From the NCBI RefSeq assembly GCF_006345805.1, contig NW_021835178.1, forward strand, positions 1 through 41,982: DNA of 41,982 nucleotides, in the 5' to 3' direction. Source of the DNA: Octopus sinensis. Lineage: Eukaryota. This document shows positions 20,370 through 32,586 of the stretch, one piece after another. The translations under genes were made by a program, and so were the position numbers. Each line of letters starts with the position of its first letter. Position 1 is the first letter of the stretch. The notes under the pieces were generated by a model. It saw only the letters and a program-made list of their open reading frames with translations, made no database searches and was not told the DNA's origin.

Positions 20370-23279
20370 TGGTGCATGAGAGAGTTCGATGCAGCTGCCC
20401 GCATCTGCACCTCCTGCCGTGAAGTTGGTTCATCTGGGACACCTGACAGGAAGAGATCCAGTCCTACTTTAAAGACATCCGCATCCACCCCATGCAGGTC
20501 CCTCGGGAGGATATTGAAGAGCTGTAGCCTCTGAAGCCCAGGCTATCACAGTATCTTGTCTTACATCTTGATGGCAAATTTGGAGTCCTTGGCACCACGC
20601 AGTGGCGCCCAGTTTTGGCATTTGTGTAACTATCGATGCCAAAGTTTGGGACAAGTCCTTCCAGGATCTTCAAGATGTATATTATGGCATATCTTTCTCG
20701 CCTACGCTTTTAGGAATAGAGTTTTAATCTCTTGAGTCTTTCCCAGTAGCTTACATGCCGCACAGAGGCTATCTTCTTCGTGTAGCTTCGTTGGATCGCC
20801 TCAAGTTCTGTGATCAACTTGACACTGGATGGTGACCATAGCTGAGAGCAATAGTCAAAGTGGCTTAGGACAAGTGTCCTCCAGAGGACCATCATGGTTT
20901 CTTGGTCTCTTGTTCTAAGAATCCATCCAGCCAGCTGTCTACATTTCATTGCCAATTTAGCAACATGTACATGAAAGGTTGCGTCATCACTAATGTAAAT
21001 ATCCAGGTCACGCACTGATTGTGCCTCTGGGATTGCAATCCCTCCAGGTCCTGTGTATTCATTGGGTATTGCATTTAGTTTTGCATGCTGATAGCATAAA
21101 GCTTGAAACTTTCCAGCATTGAACTGCATGCTATTCTTTTCAGTCCACTTGTATATTTTGTCCAGCTCACATTGCACGTGCTTAGTGTCTTCAGGGTTCT
21201 GTATTGCCTGTGAAACTTTTGTATCATCTGCATAACTTGTGATCGTGGCTCTCTGTGTGGCTGAGGGCATGTCTGAGAGGGCCATTATGAACAGTAGTGG
21301 CCCCAAAACAGTGCCCTGTGGAACACCGCTCACTATTTGCGTGTTAATGGAAGTGGCCCCATTGGCTACTACCACTTGACTTCTATCTTTCAGAAAGTCA
21401 TGAAGCCATTCTCCCAGTTTTCCAACTATGTTGAGATCACGCAGTTTGTGACATATCATTCCATGATCGACTTTATCAAAGGCCTTTGCAAAGTCGAGAT
21501 ATATCACTTCCACATTTGAGTGGTTGAGCAGTCGTTTCAGCACCCAGTCATAGTGTTGTAGGAGCTGAGTTAAGCAGCTTCTCCCTGGTCGGAAACCATG
21601 TTGGGTGTCGGGCAGCAAGTCATTTTCTTCAAGGAAGGTGATCAGTTTCCTTCTGACTATTCGTTCCATGACCTTGCTGATGTGTGAGGTCAGAGAGATA
21701 GGTCTGTAGTTCTTGGCCTCCGCTCTGCTACCTCCTTTATGAATAGGGCATATTTTACCTTCCTTCAGTTTTCTCGGAAGTTTGCCAGTTGCAAGGAAGC
21801 TCTGAAAGAGGAACTGCAGTGGTCTTGCTAGGACTCTCTTACATACTTTTAGAAGGATTGCTGGGAATCCATCGGGGCCAGTAGCTGAGTTTGTTTTCAT
21901 TTCATCTATAGCCTTTATTACATCGTCTTCCTTTATATTGATGTAATCAATCATCGCTGCCTCTGATTTTATATCTGCAGTGGTAAAGAAGTCAGCTGGA
22001 TTGCTGATTTGGGAATGCCCAAGGGGTGGAGTGGAAACACTCTTGAATTGCTCATTTAGTATTTCACTTACCCTCATTGGTTTTCCTGTGAGTGTGCCAT
22101 CCTTTTCAAGGAGTGGCCCTATCCTACAGTGCACCGTAGCTGTTTCTTTGGCATACCTGTAGAAAGCTCTGGGGTTAGATTTTATGTTGTCTATAGCCCA
22201 GGCTTCTTTGTCTGCTCTTTCCTTTTCATGGGAGAGTTGCAGACATTTTTCTATTTCCAACAGTTTTATTTTCAGGCGAGACTTTTCACTGCTTTCAATT
22301 TGTTTGTTTAGGCGATTTGAAACTTTTGTACGCTGTCTCATTAGAATTTTCCTCTCTCTGGGGATTTCGTTCTTGTGTACAGTGGCCTTTCTCTCTGGGA
22401 CACCTTTGTAGCATATGGCTTGCATTACAGACATGAATTGTTGAAGTATCATGTCAATGTCTGGCGAGGAGAGACATTCAGGCCAGTTTTGTTTGAGGAT
22501 CTCTTTCTCAATTTGTTTCCAGTTTGCCTTATGGAAGTTCAAGCTGGAAAGATTCTGAGAGTGTCTTGTAGGTCGCATGTCCATGCTTTCCTTTGGCCCG
22601 TACATGGTCAGCTCTACCATGTTGTGATCCGAGAATAGTGTCAGTGTCACTTTCACATTATGGATGAGATCCATATTATTTGTGAAGCAGAGATCCAGTA
22701 TGTTACCTGCCCTGGTTGGTTGGAGTATTACTTATTCCATGTACTGGGTGTTGATGAGGTTCAGGAGGGACCTCGCCTGTCCACGTTTACATCGTGTCAT
22801 TCCTGGGAGAGAAAGGCCCTCGGGCCATCTGACATTGGGTAGATTGAAGTCTCCCATAAGAAGTACACTTATGTGTTGTTCTAATGTGACTAGAACTTCT
22901 ATTTTGTAAGGCAGTCTTCAAACTTGCCTACATGGCTTGGAGCATCTGGAGGGCGATATGTAGCACACACAACTACACCAAGTTGCCTTATATGTTCAAT
23001 TAGTGTGTCACACACCGAGTTTGAGTATAACAAAAGGACTTGGGGTATGAGGTCCTCACGGATGTACATAGCAACTCCTCCATGACTCCTTTCTTTTCTG
23101 TCGGTCCGTAATACAACATACTGTGGTATGTGTAATTCCGCATCTGCTATGTCCGGTTTCAGGTGCGTTTCCGTAAGTGCTATGCATAAGGCTTGATTGC
23201 ATGCGACAAAGTCTCTCAAGAACGGGATTTTTGTCCTGTTACTGAGTGTTTGCAGTCCTCTGATGTTCAGTAGGAGCAT
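20370..23279 (-). pseudogene. LINE ORF2: AP endonuclease plus reverse transcriptase (disrupted)
   Basis: EN motifs LNIRGL, LTETHL, GGVAMY, YRPP, GDFN, LDL, SDH. RT motifs GPDG, NYRPISL, QHGFR, YLDFAKAFD, GVPQGTVLGPLLF, YADD. Frameshift near 22905, in-frame stop at 20710-20712, further shifts downstream. The 3' end coordinate is approximate. Confidence 0.93.
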
Positions 23280-24153
23280 CGAGGTGAGGTGTATGCTGTT
23301 GCCGGCGGTGTCCACCTTTGATCTATTTGCTGTGGTGGTCTTGTATATTGTGGGTAGTCCCATCTGCGAGTTTGAGTTTGATGGAGCCAGGTTAGCTGCT
23401 GTACAATCTTTTGTGCCATGCACAAAAAAGATTCTTGTTCAGCAGCTGCCCTTTCAATAACATGTTGGCAGTTTGTAGCACGCACCACATCTGCGTACCT
23501 CCGTTTTGGGGCAGGTGGTGCGTGGTCCATTCCTTTTCCTTTAGGTAGTTGGTTTCTGACCTGTTTCGAGTTTATGTGGCAGGGTCTTCGATGTGCAGAA
23601 CGGCAGCCTGCACCTTCCTCTCCATGCCAGCAGACACCTTTCATGTAGAATTTACATATTCGTGTGCGCTGTCTGTTTCTATCCATTTTGGTACATCGAT
23701 AGTCAGGTTTGCTTCTATCCTTGGCTGTTTCATCTTTCGTTCTTTTAGTTTTTCCTCCTTTTATTTCTTTTTGGCTCTTTCATCTCCATGGCTTTTGGTG
23801 CTGGTAGGAGCACTTACACTTGGGTTTACTTCCTGGGCAGGTTTCTCACTTGAATCTTCTTCCTGTGTGTTTACCAAGTGGGGGTGACATCTTTCATCAG
23901 CACCCACGCCTTCATCCTTGCCATCTTTACTTTGTTCGTTGTCAAAGATGGCATCAAGCATGCCAATGTGAGATCTTATGAGTGCATAGGAGCGTATAAA
24001 CTCCTGCTTTTTTCGCTCTATCTGCGCTATCGTCCTTTTATATCCACTGCTCTTCAGCGCAGCTGTAATTATGTTGTTCGGATTATCTCCGTCGGCGTAT
24101 TGCCAGGCTCTTAGAAACAACGCCAATTCGTTACTTTTCCAGGTTCTGGACAT
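23267..24153 (-). pseudogene. LINE ORF1: Myb/SANT-like domain plus CCCH zinc finger (one frameshift)
   Basis: TWKSNELALFLRAW...GYKRTIAQIERKKQEFIRSY, then after a 1-nt shift in the A-rich run near 23765, CKFYMKGVCWHGEEGAGCRSAH. The stop overlaps the presumed ORF2 ATG (23279). Confidence 0.7.
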
Positions 24154-24176
24154 TTTTGATATTTAATTTATCTATC

Positions 24177-24425
24177 TAATTATATTAATTTAATAGTGCG
24201 ATAGAGGGTAGAGAAGAAATAGAGAAAGAAAGCGTCTATGTATTTAAAGAGAGATTGAGAGCTGAAAGAAGATAAGAAGAGAGTAATGAAGAGACAAGGA
24301 AAGGCGTGAGGGAGAGAAGTGAAGAGACAGAGACAGAAAGAAGAAATATTGATCAATGCCAATATTTAAAAATGTCGCAAATACTCTTTGGAAATCTATC
24401 GAAGTATATTTAAAAGAGAAAATTA
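24177..24425. repeat. ~245-bp direct repeat flanking the pogo element, left copy
   Basis: Colinear with 26306-26543. Begins and ends with TA. Confidence 0.9.
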
Positions 24426-26305
24426 CCGTATTTGACAGCATATTAGACGCACCCTCATTTCAGCAGGTCAAATTCAGGAAAAAAAGTTTTAAGTGTATTT
24501 AAGCATATATTGTTGAAAGCAGTCTAGCAGCACATTACAAAAGCAGAAAACATTGCTGTATAAAAGAAAGCATACAAATTACAATAGTAATCATCTTTTT
24601 AACCAGAAAACTCTTCATCATCTGCAAAACAAGAAACATCTTCATCACTACTGCTGAAGTCACTGTCTTCAAATAATGCATCATCTTCTGTGCCATCAAG
24701 GGCATTGCTAATGCCACGCTTCTTAAAAGCCTTCACAATGATTTCAGGCCTAACATCATCCCAAGATTTCTTCACACACTCACACACTTCAGCAATGGTG
24801 GGCCGCTTCATTCTTCCTGTGGGTGTGAGGGCATGATGTGGCTCTGCCATCCACTTGTTCCAATGTTCACGCATGTTCTGCTTAAATGGCTTATTCACAG
24901 ACACATCTAAAGGCTGCAATTGGCTCGTCAGTCCACCAGGAATGACAGCTAACTGCGTTTTCAATTCTCCCACCCTTTTTTTAATGGCTTCAGTTCTATG
25001 TGCTCTAAACTGATCCCAAACCAGAAGAGAAGGTTTTCTTAATAGTCCACCAGGACGCCTTGACCATATATTTTGTAACCACAGTTTCATTCCATTTTCG
25101 TCCATCCAGCCTTTTTCGTGAACATGAACTAGTACACCTCTTGGAATTTTATCCTTAGGCTGAGTTTTTCTCTTAAATATCAAAAGAGGTGGCAGTTTTA
25201 TGCCATCAGCACAACAGGCCTGAGCTACTGTATAGTGGGTCTTTTCGTGGCCAGTGGTTTTTATCGAAACCGTTTTAGACCCTTTGACACTCACAGTCCT
25301 GTAGGATGGTACATCAAATGTGAGTGGAACTTCGTCCATATTCCCTATTTGGCCCAGTTCAAAACAAGTTTTCTTTCTTGCATTTATAACAAATCTATGA
25401 AAATCTAATATTTTTTCTTCATAATCAGCAGGCGTTTTTTGTGCAATGGATGTTTTTGTACGCATTGATAAACCCTTCCGTTTCATAAACCTGTAACACC
25501 AACCTTCTGTTCCTGCAAAGTTCTGTATCCCTCATTGTTCTGCTACTCTCATGGCCTCATGAATTATCATTTTGGTAGATACACTTCTCCCTGAGTTTCT
25601 CTCATCAAGCACCCACGTTTTTATATCATCCTCAAGTTCTGGCCAATGTAGGGCTGGGCAACGAAGGTTATGTTTACCTTTCTGTGCTCTCATCAGCTGC
25701 TCTTCTTGCTGTCGCCAGACACGTATCATTTTTTCTGTAGGTGGTGGCCCAAAAACCCTTGCTGCTGCTCTATTTCCATGCTCCTTGGCATAATCTACCA
25801 CTCGTAGTTTGTAGGAGATTTTATAGCTTGATCTTTTTTGCTGCCATAGCCGTGAGGGTGCTTGTACTGTTGTAGTGTGTCTTGTTATGATCATAAACTT
25901 TGTTGTACCAAGATATCCAACCTACCTCCGTATATACACGAACTCGCAACGATCATGTGCATTCCGTAGTTTTACTCCTCACCGTCAGATGGCATCGAGT
26001 TAGGGTTCCGATCAGCTGATATTAGTAAATGTGTGTCATGGATCGCAGCCTAACAATTTACGGTAGATTGCTTTGATTTTTATGATAATTCATATTTTAA
26101 AGTAATAATACTGGTAATAATAATAATGATGCATGAGTACGGAAAATATCATTAAGGCGTTAGCGTAGGTAGAAATACTTATCGTAAGCTAGGTTAGTGA
26201 GCGTCTGGGAGAAGATTAGCCTACGGGAGGGTCTTGACTTCGCATATTAGACGCAGGGCGATTCTTTGAGCCAAATTTTTTTGGAAAAAAGTGCGTCAAA
26301 TACGG
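24426..26305 (-). mobile_element. pogo-superfamily DNA transposon (Passer/POGK-like)
   Basis: TA|CCGTATTTGAC...GTCAAATACGG|TA ends; internal GCATATTAGACGCA repeats; transposase inside. Confidence 0.92.
24599..25894 (-). pseudogene. pogo transposase (Brinker-like DBD, CENP-B HTH, DD35D) with a single nonsense codon
   Basis: ORFs 25532..25894 and 24599..25486 share a frame, separated by TGA at 25532-25534 (EQ*GIQNFAGTEGWCYRFM). Catalytic NMDE, WDQF, QPLD, with 35 residues between the last two Asp. Confidence 0.92.
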
Positions 26306-26543
26306 TAATTTATGTTAATTTAATAGTGCGATAGAGGGTAGAGAAGAAATAGAGAAAGAAAGCGTCTATGTATTTAAAGAGAGATTGAGAGCTGAAAGAA
26401 GAGAGTAATGAAGAGACAAGGAAAGGCGTGAGGGAGAGAAGTGAAGAGACGGAGAGAGAAAGAAGAAATATTGATCAATGCCAATATTGATAAATGTCGC
26501 AAATACTCTGGAAATCTATCAAAGTATATTTAACAGAAAATTA
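26306..26543. repeat. ~245-bp direct repeat flanking the pogo element, right copy
   Basis: Colinear with 24177-24425. Confidence 0.9.
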
Positions 26544-26826
26544 TCTCCTGCACATTTCAGACACAGAAGTGAAGAAATGCTTTCTCTCTCAGAGGAAATA
26601 TTTTACTGTAATTCAGCAATGTTTTATAGAAGCAGGATTATACGTTTGTAGACTATCTTTGCAGAGTCTTTCAAACATGATACATATTGCTGATTCTTTA
26701 AAAGTAAAAATTACTTTTTAGCCAATTTCATGTGATTTTCTTGGCGAAGATTAGTCTACCAAACTCAGTGAAGATCTCTCTCAACAAAGTCAATGCGTCT
26801 CGTCGCTTCCTCACGTCACCTGCAAC

Positions 26827-27400
26827 TTTATATACATATGTATGTATATAATAATATAAATACCCTCACTCTTCCTCCTTGACTCTCTCGTTGCTCACAC
26901 GTGACCAACGGCCATCTATCTTTCTTTCTTCCACTTCCTTCCTAAAGATCTGTCTCTTCTCAAAGCTCGGTTTTTCCAGCGTTCACCACTTCACATCGTC
27001 TTGGCTTAACAGCCCTCGCCGTTTGTTTTTACTCTTTTCTTCTTTCTCTCCTGTTTTTAACGAAGTCTCGTCTTGTCCTTACCTTCGAAACGCTGAGGAG
27101 ATAAAACAGGGGACAACTGATGAAGGGAATGTTCTTTGTGTTGCATGTCTCCGTTCTCTGTTTGTTTCTTTCGTTGTTAAAAAAAAGTTCGTTTTCTGTT
27201 TTTGCTTTTTTATGTTCTTGTTTCTCATTTTCACGTTTTTTTATGTCTTGTACCCACATATGCATATATATATACATATATATGTAGGTATGTACATATA
27301 TGTATGTATATATGCATATATTTATAATTTATTTATATTATTATATGATCGAGTGCCACTCATACATTTCCAACTAAGTTTTATCTATATATATACATAT
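26827..27400 (+). repeat. Long direct repeat, copy B
   Basis: See copy A. Abuts the presumed LINE 5' end. Confidence 0.9.
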
Positions 27401-27535
27401 GTAGGTATATATATATATATGGCTCTACATTTCTGTATTTACTCTATGCTGTGGCACCGGGGCTACATTCTTGTGCGTGTCGCCCTGTATGATATATATA
27501 TATATACATGTAACTCACATATGTATACATATAGA

Positions 27536-27616
<81 letters not shown>

Positions 27617-29025
27617 CAGTACAGATAAAGGGTGAAATATAATTAATTTAATAAAATCAACAAATTTCACCAAGTAGTATTTCGGTATGGAAAAGGACCA
27701 TATTCGGTAAAATTATATCTAATTATAACAATGAGGGTCTGTTATAACTATTTATATCGTATATATATATATATATGGTGCCATGTGAACAGCTGTAGTT
27801 AAGTTCGCTGCTACTAATTGGTCGTCGGTCCGGGGCCAGTATCCGCTACTCCCCCCCCAACAGTTGGTAAACACCCAAAGAGATAAAGTGACTGGTAAAC
27901 ACATTGTAACACATTTGTATTGTTTCATTTTTATTTCATTCAATAAAATACAATCTCAACACGTTTTTAAAATATACAACATTGTTCTGTTGATCACATT
28001 TTGTAGAGACGCTAATCACAGCTGCTGTGTTGTGGCTTTGATGCTGTGCTGCTGATCGGAGCAGCATTATGATTGGTGAATGTCGAAGTTAATGTTGCGG
28101 GTCACAGAAGGTGTTGATCGTAAATCAGTTAGGATTTGGGCCCTGAAATCCACTGCAAAAAGGTTTGGTGACCTTTGAGAACTGGGCTCAGTGATGTGGT
28201 TATGGACGAGTTGAAAAATGTGTAAAATGGTTGCAGAGGTGCCACGCATCAAAAAGGAAATGATCATCTGTGTGCGGAATATTTCAGTGAGCTCTGTTCA
28301 GCAGATGGCTCACTTTTAACGTAAATTACTGGTACTTATTTTGTTGAAGCCGAAAGGATGAAAGGCCAAGTTGACGCTGGCGGCATTTGAAATTTTGTTC
28401 GACGCTCTCTCAAGTTAGTTACTTCTACCACATAGAGTCTCACCCTTGTAAAACCCAATATATTCCCAATAGTGACCTGCAACATCGATCAAAACATGAA
28501 TCAATCGATTTTGTTTTTTTGTTTATTATTTGATTTAGATTTTCTTTTGTTTCAACAGAATCGATCATGAAATATTTCTCTTATTTCTGGAAATATTTAC
28601 AGCAACAACAGGGAGGGGAAGGGGTCAGTACCTTCTGTTTGTTACGGCCCCGTTTTGATAATCTTTTCATTGATATTTCCCTGTGGCCCTTTTGTCTATT
28701 ATATCATGTCTTATAATCAAGATATACACGAATACCCCCCCACCCCATCCATATTTTCGTCAGTAATAATGGTTATGGGAAACCGAAATGTCTTTGACGA
28801 ATCTCCGCAAGCCTAGGAACAACCCACATTAAAGAACAAACTAACAAATGCACTTGGGTTTCACTGATCTCATTAAATTTACCCTCCCTATAATTAACAA
28901 ACTACTTAATGATGTCCTCACCTTATAGGAAATCCGAACGGATTAGAAGACCAACCGACGAAAAGTTACTGGAAAAACAATAAATATTTGCAAACGGACT
29001 CCCTTCATCGAAAATCGGTGATTGC

Positions 29026-29070
29026 CGTACGCTGAAGACAGGCAAATACCTAGAAACTGCAGTCCGTGCG
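29026..29070 (+). ncRNA. Type I hammerhead ribozyme motif with canonical core
   Basis: CGUACG-CUGAAGA-[cAGG caaaua CCUa]-GAAA-CUGCAG-UC-CGUGCG. 6-bp stem I (one G-U), palindromic ACUGCAGU stem III, GUC site at 29062-29064. The closing pair of stem II is a C-A mismatch. Confidence 0.8.
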
Positions 29071-29411
29071 TGTCACTTAGGTTTACGAGAGAGGGATGAC
29101 CTCCCTTTGCAAATACCATAAGGGCACAGATAGTGTGCCTAAAGCCAGCTGGAGACGATGATCTCCTGGGGCTAAAAGCTACTGTAACACCCACCCTTAG
29201 TGGTTAGCCATATTGAGATGGCTAGTATACTTTACGTTGTCGAGCGGTTACTGTTTACATCTCGTTCAGAGATTTATTACAACTCTTATTACTTTTAACA
29301 GAAATCAACGCGAAAAATATAAAATATTTATAAAAACAAAGCAAAGAACAACCTTTAAGCAACTTAAAAGCACACAAAAACCGTTCGATTCACTTCAACA
29401 TTTAAATTTAA

Positions 29412-29462
29412 TTTGCCAAAATATTTTCGTCGCTTTGAGATCGAAATCTGTTCACTGACAAA
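29412..29462 (-). ncRNA. Degenerate hammerhead motif (G3:C8 swapped core)
   Basis: Minus strand: UUUGUCA-GUGAACA-(20 nt, poorly paired)-GAAA-AUAU-UU-UGGCAAA. 7-bp stem I and palindromic tetramer; stem II decayed. Confidence 0.55.
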
Positions 29463-29770
29463 ATTCCGAGCTGCATTAAAGAAAGTTATTTCCCTTTAAT
29501 TTACATGCTGCAAACAAGAGTTGCCTCCCTTAGGTGCCATCCTGTTTGCAGTAAACTTTTAGCTTCTCTTTTGTCTGAAAGTTTCCCAAAAACGGTTTGA
29601 GGAATTTCAAGATTTCGTTAAAAATATTCTGAGGATCAGCAAGAAAATCTCAGGTCTTGAGCCTATTAGAAATGATTAATATTTTGTGGTCAGTAAATAT
29701 CTGGGATTAAACAAGTATTGTAACACTGTATCTAGATAAGGTGAAGCTATTACCGTATCCGTTCATGTAT

Positions 29771-30162
29771 TTTACTCTTTACTCTTTTACTTGTTTCAGT
29801 CATTTGACTGCGGCCATGCTTTAATCGAGCAACTCGACCCCGGCACTTATTCTTTTGTAAGCCCAGTACTTATTCTATCGGTCTCTTTTGCCGAACCGCT
29901 AAGTAACGGGGACATAAACACCAGCATCGGTTGTCAAGCAATGCTAGGGGGACAAACACAGACACACAAACACATACATATACATATATGCATATATACG
30001 ACGGGCTTCTTTCAGTTTCCGTCTACCAAATCCACTCACAAGGCTTTGGTTGGCCCCGAGGCTATAGCAGAAGTCACTTGCCCAAGGTGCCACGCAGTGG
30101 GACTGAACCCGGAACTATGTGGTTGGTAGACAAGCTACTTACCACACAGCCACTCCTGCGCC
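29771..30162 (-). mobile_element. SINE family A
   Basis: Reverse complement of 14549-14955 with an (ACTCTTTT)n tail. Confidence 0.88.
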
Positions 30163-30841
30163 TATTTTGTTTAGTAATTTTTTCCTTCTCTGTAAGCAAT
30201 TCTCCATTTTATATATATATCAAAATAAAGAAAATAATGAAGAACGGCAACTTTAATATTAATGCTAATAGCACTCACCTTCTTGAACCAAACCTTTTCT
30301 TTTTTTACTTTCACCCCATCCATTTTACGGATGCAGTTTAAAGGAGGCACCATTTCTCAGACATAATTTATTTTCAGTATTTCTATGATATTTTTGTTAA
30401 TCAAGAGCAGCCATTATATCTAAATACGCGTCAGTATTTCTCCTGAGCCAACAACCGAGTCTCTCTACAGTCACCGACATACTAGAAATAGCAGTCAGGT
30501 CACCATTGTCCCCAGATACACTGAAGGCATGACGGTCAGGAACATTTGTGGGAGGAAAATAAAGGAAATAATTTAAAAGATGAACCGGGAAACGGTTTAA
30601 ATACGAATTGGGGTTAAGGTCAACCAACTTGTGGATTGGGGAACGAATCGTTTGTATGACGAATGGGTAGTCACCAGGACCTGGTTATTACAGAATTAGA
30701 TTCCAAAAGGTTTAAATATGTGACCGCTATCACTGTCTGTGGATTGGGGGGCGAATCACCAATGGAAATACGTGAAGAAGAGTTAGGTGAAGGAGTGTCA
30801 GAAGAAGGACACAAAGACGAAGAAATAATGAAGAAAAAATA

Positions 30842-31250
30842 GTGTGGTAAGTAGCTTGCTAACCAACCACGTGGTTCCGGGTTCAGTCCCACTGCGTGGC
30901 ATCTTGGGCAAGTGTCTTCTGCTATAGCCCCGGGCCGACCAATGCCTTGTGAGTGGATTTGGTAGACGGAAACTGAAAGAAGCCTGTCGTATATATGTAT
31001 ATATATATATATATACATGTGTGTGTATATGTTTGTGTGTCTGTGTTTGTCCCCCTGGCATTGCTTGACAACCGATGCTGGTGTGTTTACGTTCCCGTCA
31101 CTTAGCGGTTCGGCAAAAGAGACCGATAGAATAAGTACTGGGCTTACAAAGAATAAGTCATGGGGTCGATTTGCCCGACTAAAGGTGGTGCTCCAGCATG
31201 GCCGCAGTCAAATGACTGAAACAAGTAAAAGAGTAAAAAGAGTAAAGAGT
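30842..31250 (+). mobile_element. SINE family A, slightly 5'-truncated
   Basis: Same body; (AAAAGAGT)n tail. Confidence 0.88.
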
Positions 31251-31706
31251 AGTAGTAATAGGAGGAGGAGGAGGAAAAAGAGAAGAAGAAGGAGGAGAAA
31301 ATGAAGAGTTGGAAGAAGATTTTTGATATATTGAATAAAACTATTCCTCATTGAAGTTCAAGAATTTCTTTCGTCGGTCAAGAGTAGAGACAGTCCCAGA
31401 TTTTCTTTCCTGTGTAACATATTTTATGTTATACAGCCTATAGTGTAACACAACATCTTACGTAACACAACTTCTTGTCCTACGCAATTGACTGAGTAAC
31501 ACGCCTTTGTTCAATCCACGTGTGTCGCGTTGCTTACCTTTCTTTGTTCGGCTGGATTAAACCTGTTGCACCGTTCTTACACTTCAGTCAATCACCTGTC
31601 TTCGATGATTGTTTTTTTTATTTCTTGGAATGCAAAGTTAACGTCAGCAAAATTTAAAATCAGAGCCAAGAGAATCAAAACAAAATACTGATTACACACA
31701 CACGCA

Positions 31707-31892
31707 TACTCTTTTACTTGTTTCAGTCATTTGACTGCGGCCATGCTGGAGCACCGCCTTTAGTCGAGCAAATCGACCCCGGGACTTATTCTTTGTAAGC
31801 CCAGTACTTATTCTATCGGTCTCTTTTGCCGAACCGCTAAGTGACGGGGACATAAACACACCAGCATCGGTTGTCAAGCGATGGTGGGAGGA

Positions 31893-31982
<90 letters not shown>

Positions 31983-32121
31983 TACGACAGGCTTCTTTCA
32001 GTTTCCGTCTACTAAATCCACTCACAAGGCATTGACACTTGCCAAGATGCCACGCAGTGGGACTGAACCCGCAACCATGTGGTTGGTTAGCAAGCTACTT
32101 ACCACACAGCCACTCCTGCGC
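31707..32121 (-). mobile_element. SINE family A with expanded internal microsatellite
   Basis: Same body; long (CA)n(TA)n at about 31897-31984. Confidence 0.88.
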
Positions 32122-32480
32122 ATGTATATATTGTTGACACCGTATGAAATTAAGAAATTACCAGAATGTGAAATAATTCGTTTTAAAAGGCTGAACTCAA
32201 AGTGGATAAAGCTATAAATAGAAGCGTGTAAATACTGGGTTTTAAAAACATCCCTTTTGTATAGAAAAATAAGGAGGTTGCCGCTGAGACACGAGCCCAC
32301 GTTTTCCGTAAACACGACAGACAGACATTCTACCATTGAATCAAAGCAACATGCCATTCTTGCTGGTAAGAATAGAGTTTTTAAAATGATGGAGAAATTT
32401 TAAGTAATGTTTTGGTACAATGGTAGAACATCTGTCATGCTTATAAAAGATGTGGGTTTGAGTCCTGAAAATAGCCTTGA

Positions 32481-32583
<103 letters not shown>

Positions 32584-32586
32584 TGT

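Larger units (their letters stand above)
20240..26826 (-). mobile_element. Near full-length CR1-clade LINE, interrupted in its 5' UTR by a pogo transposon
   Basis: ORF1, APE-RT ORF2, stem-loop 3' tail and an A-rich end at about 20240-20264. The 5' boundary is inferred from the start of the direct repeat. Confidence 0.85.

Noticed and set aside
26879-27628. 249-aa ORF
   Set aside because: Lies in the long direct repeat and microsatellite; the frame is not preserved in copy A; no domain motifs.
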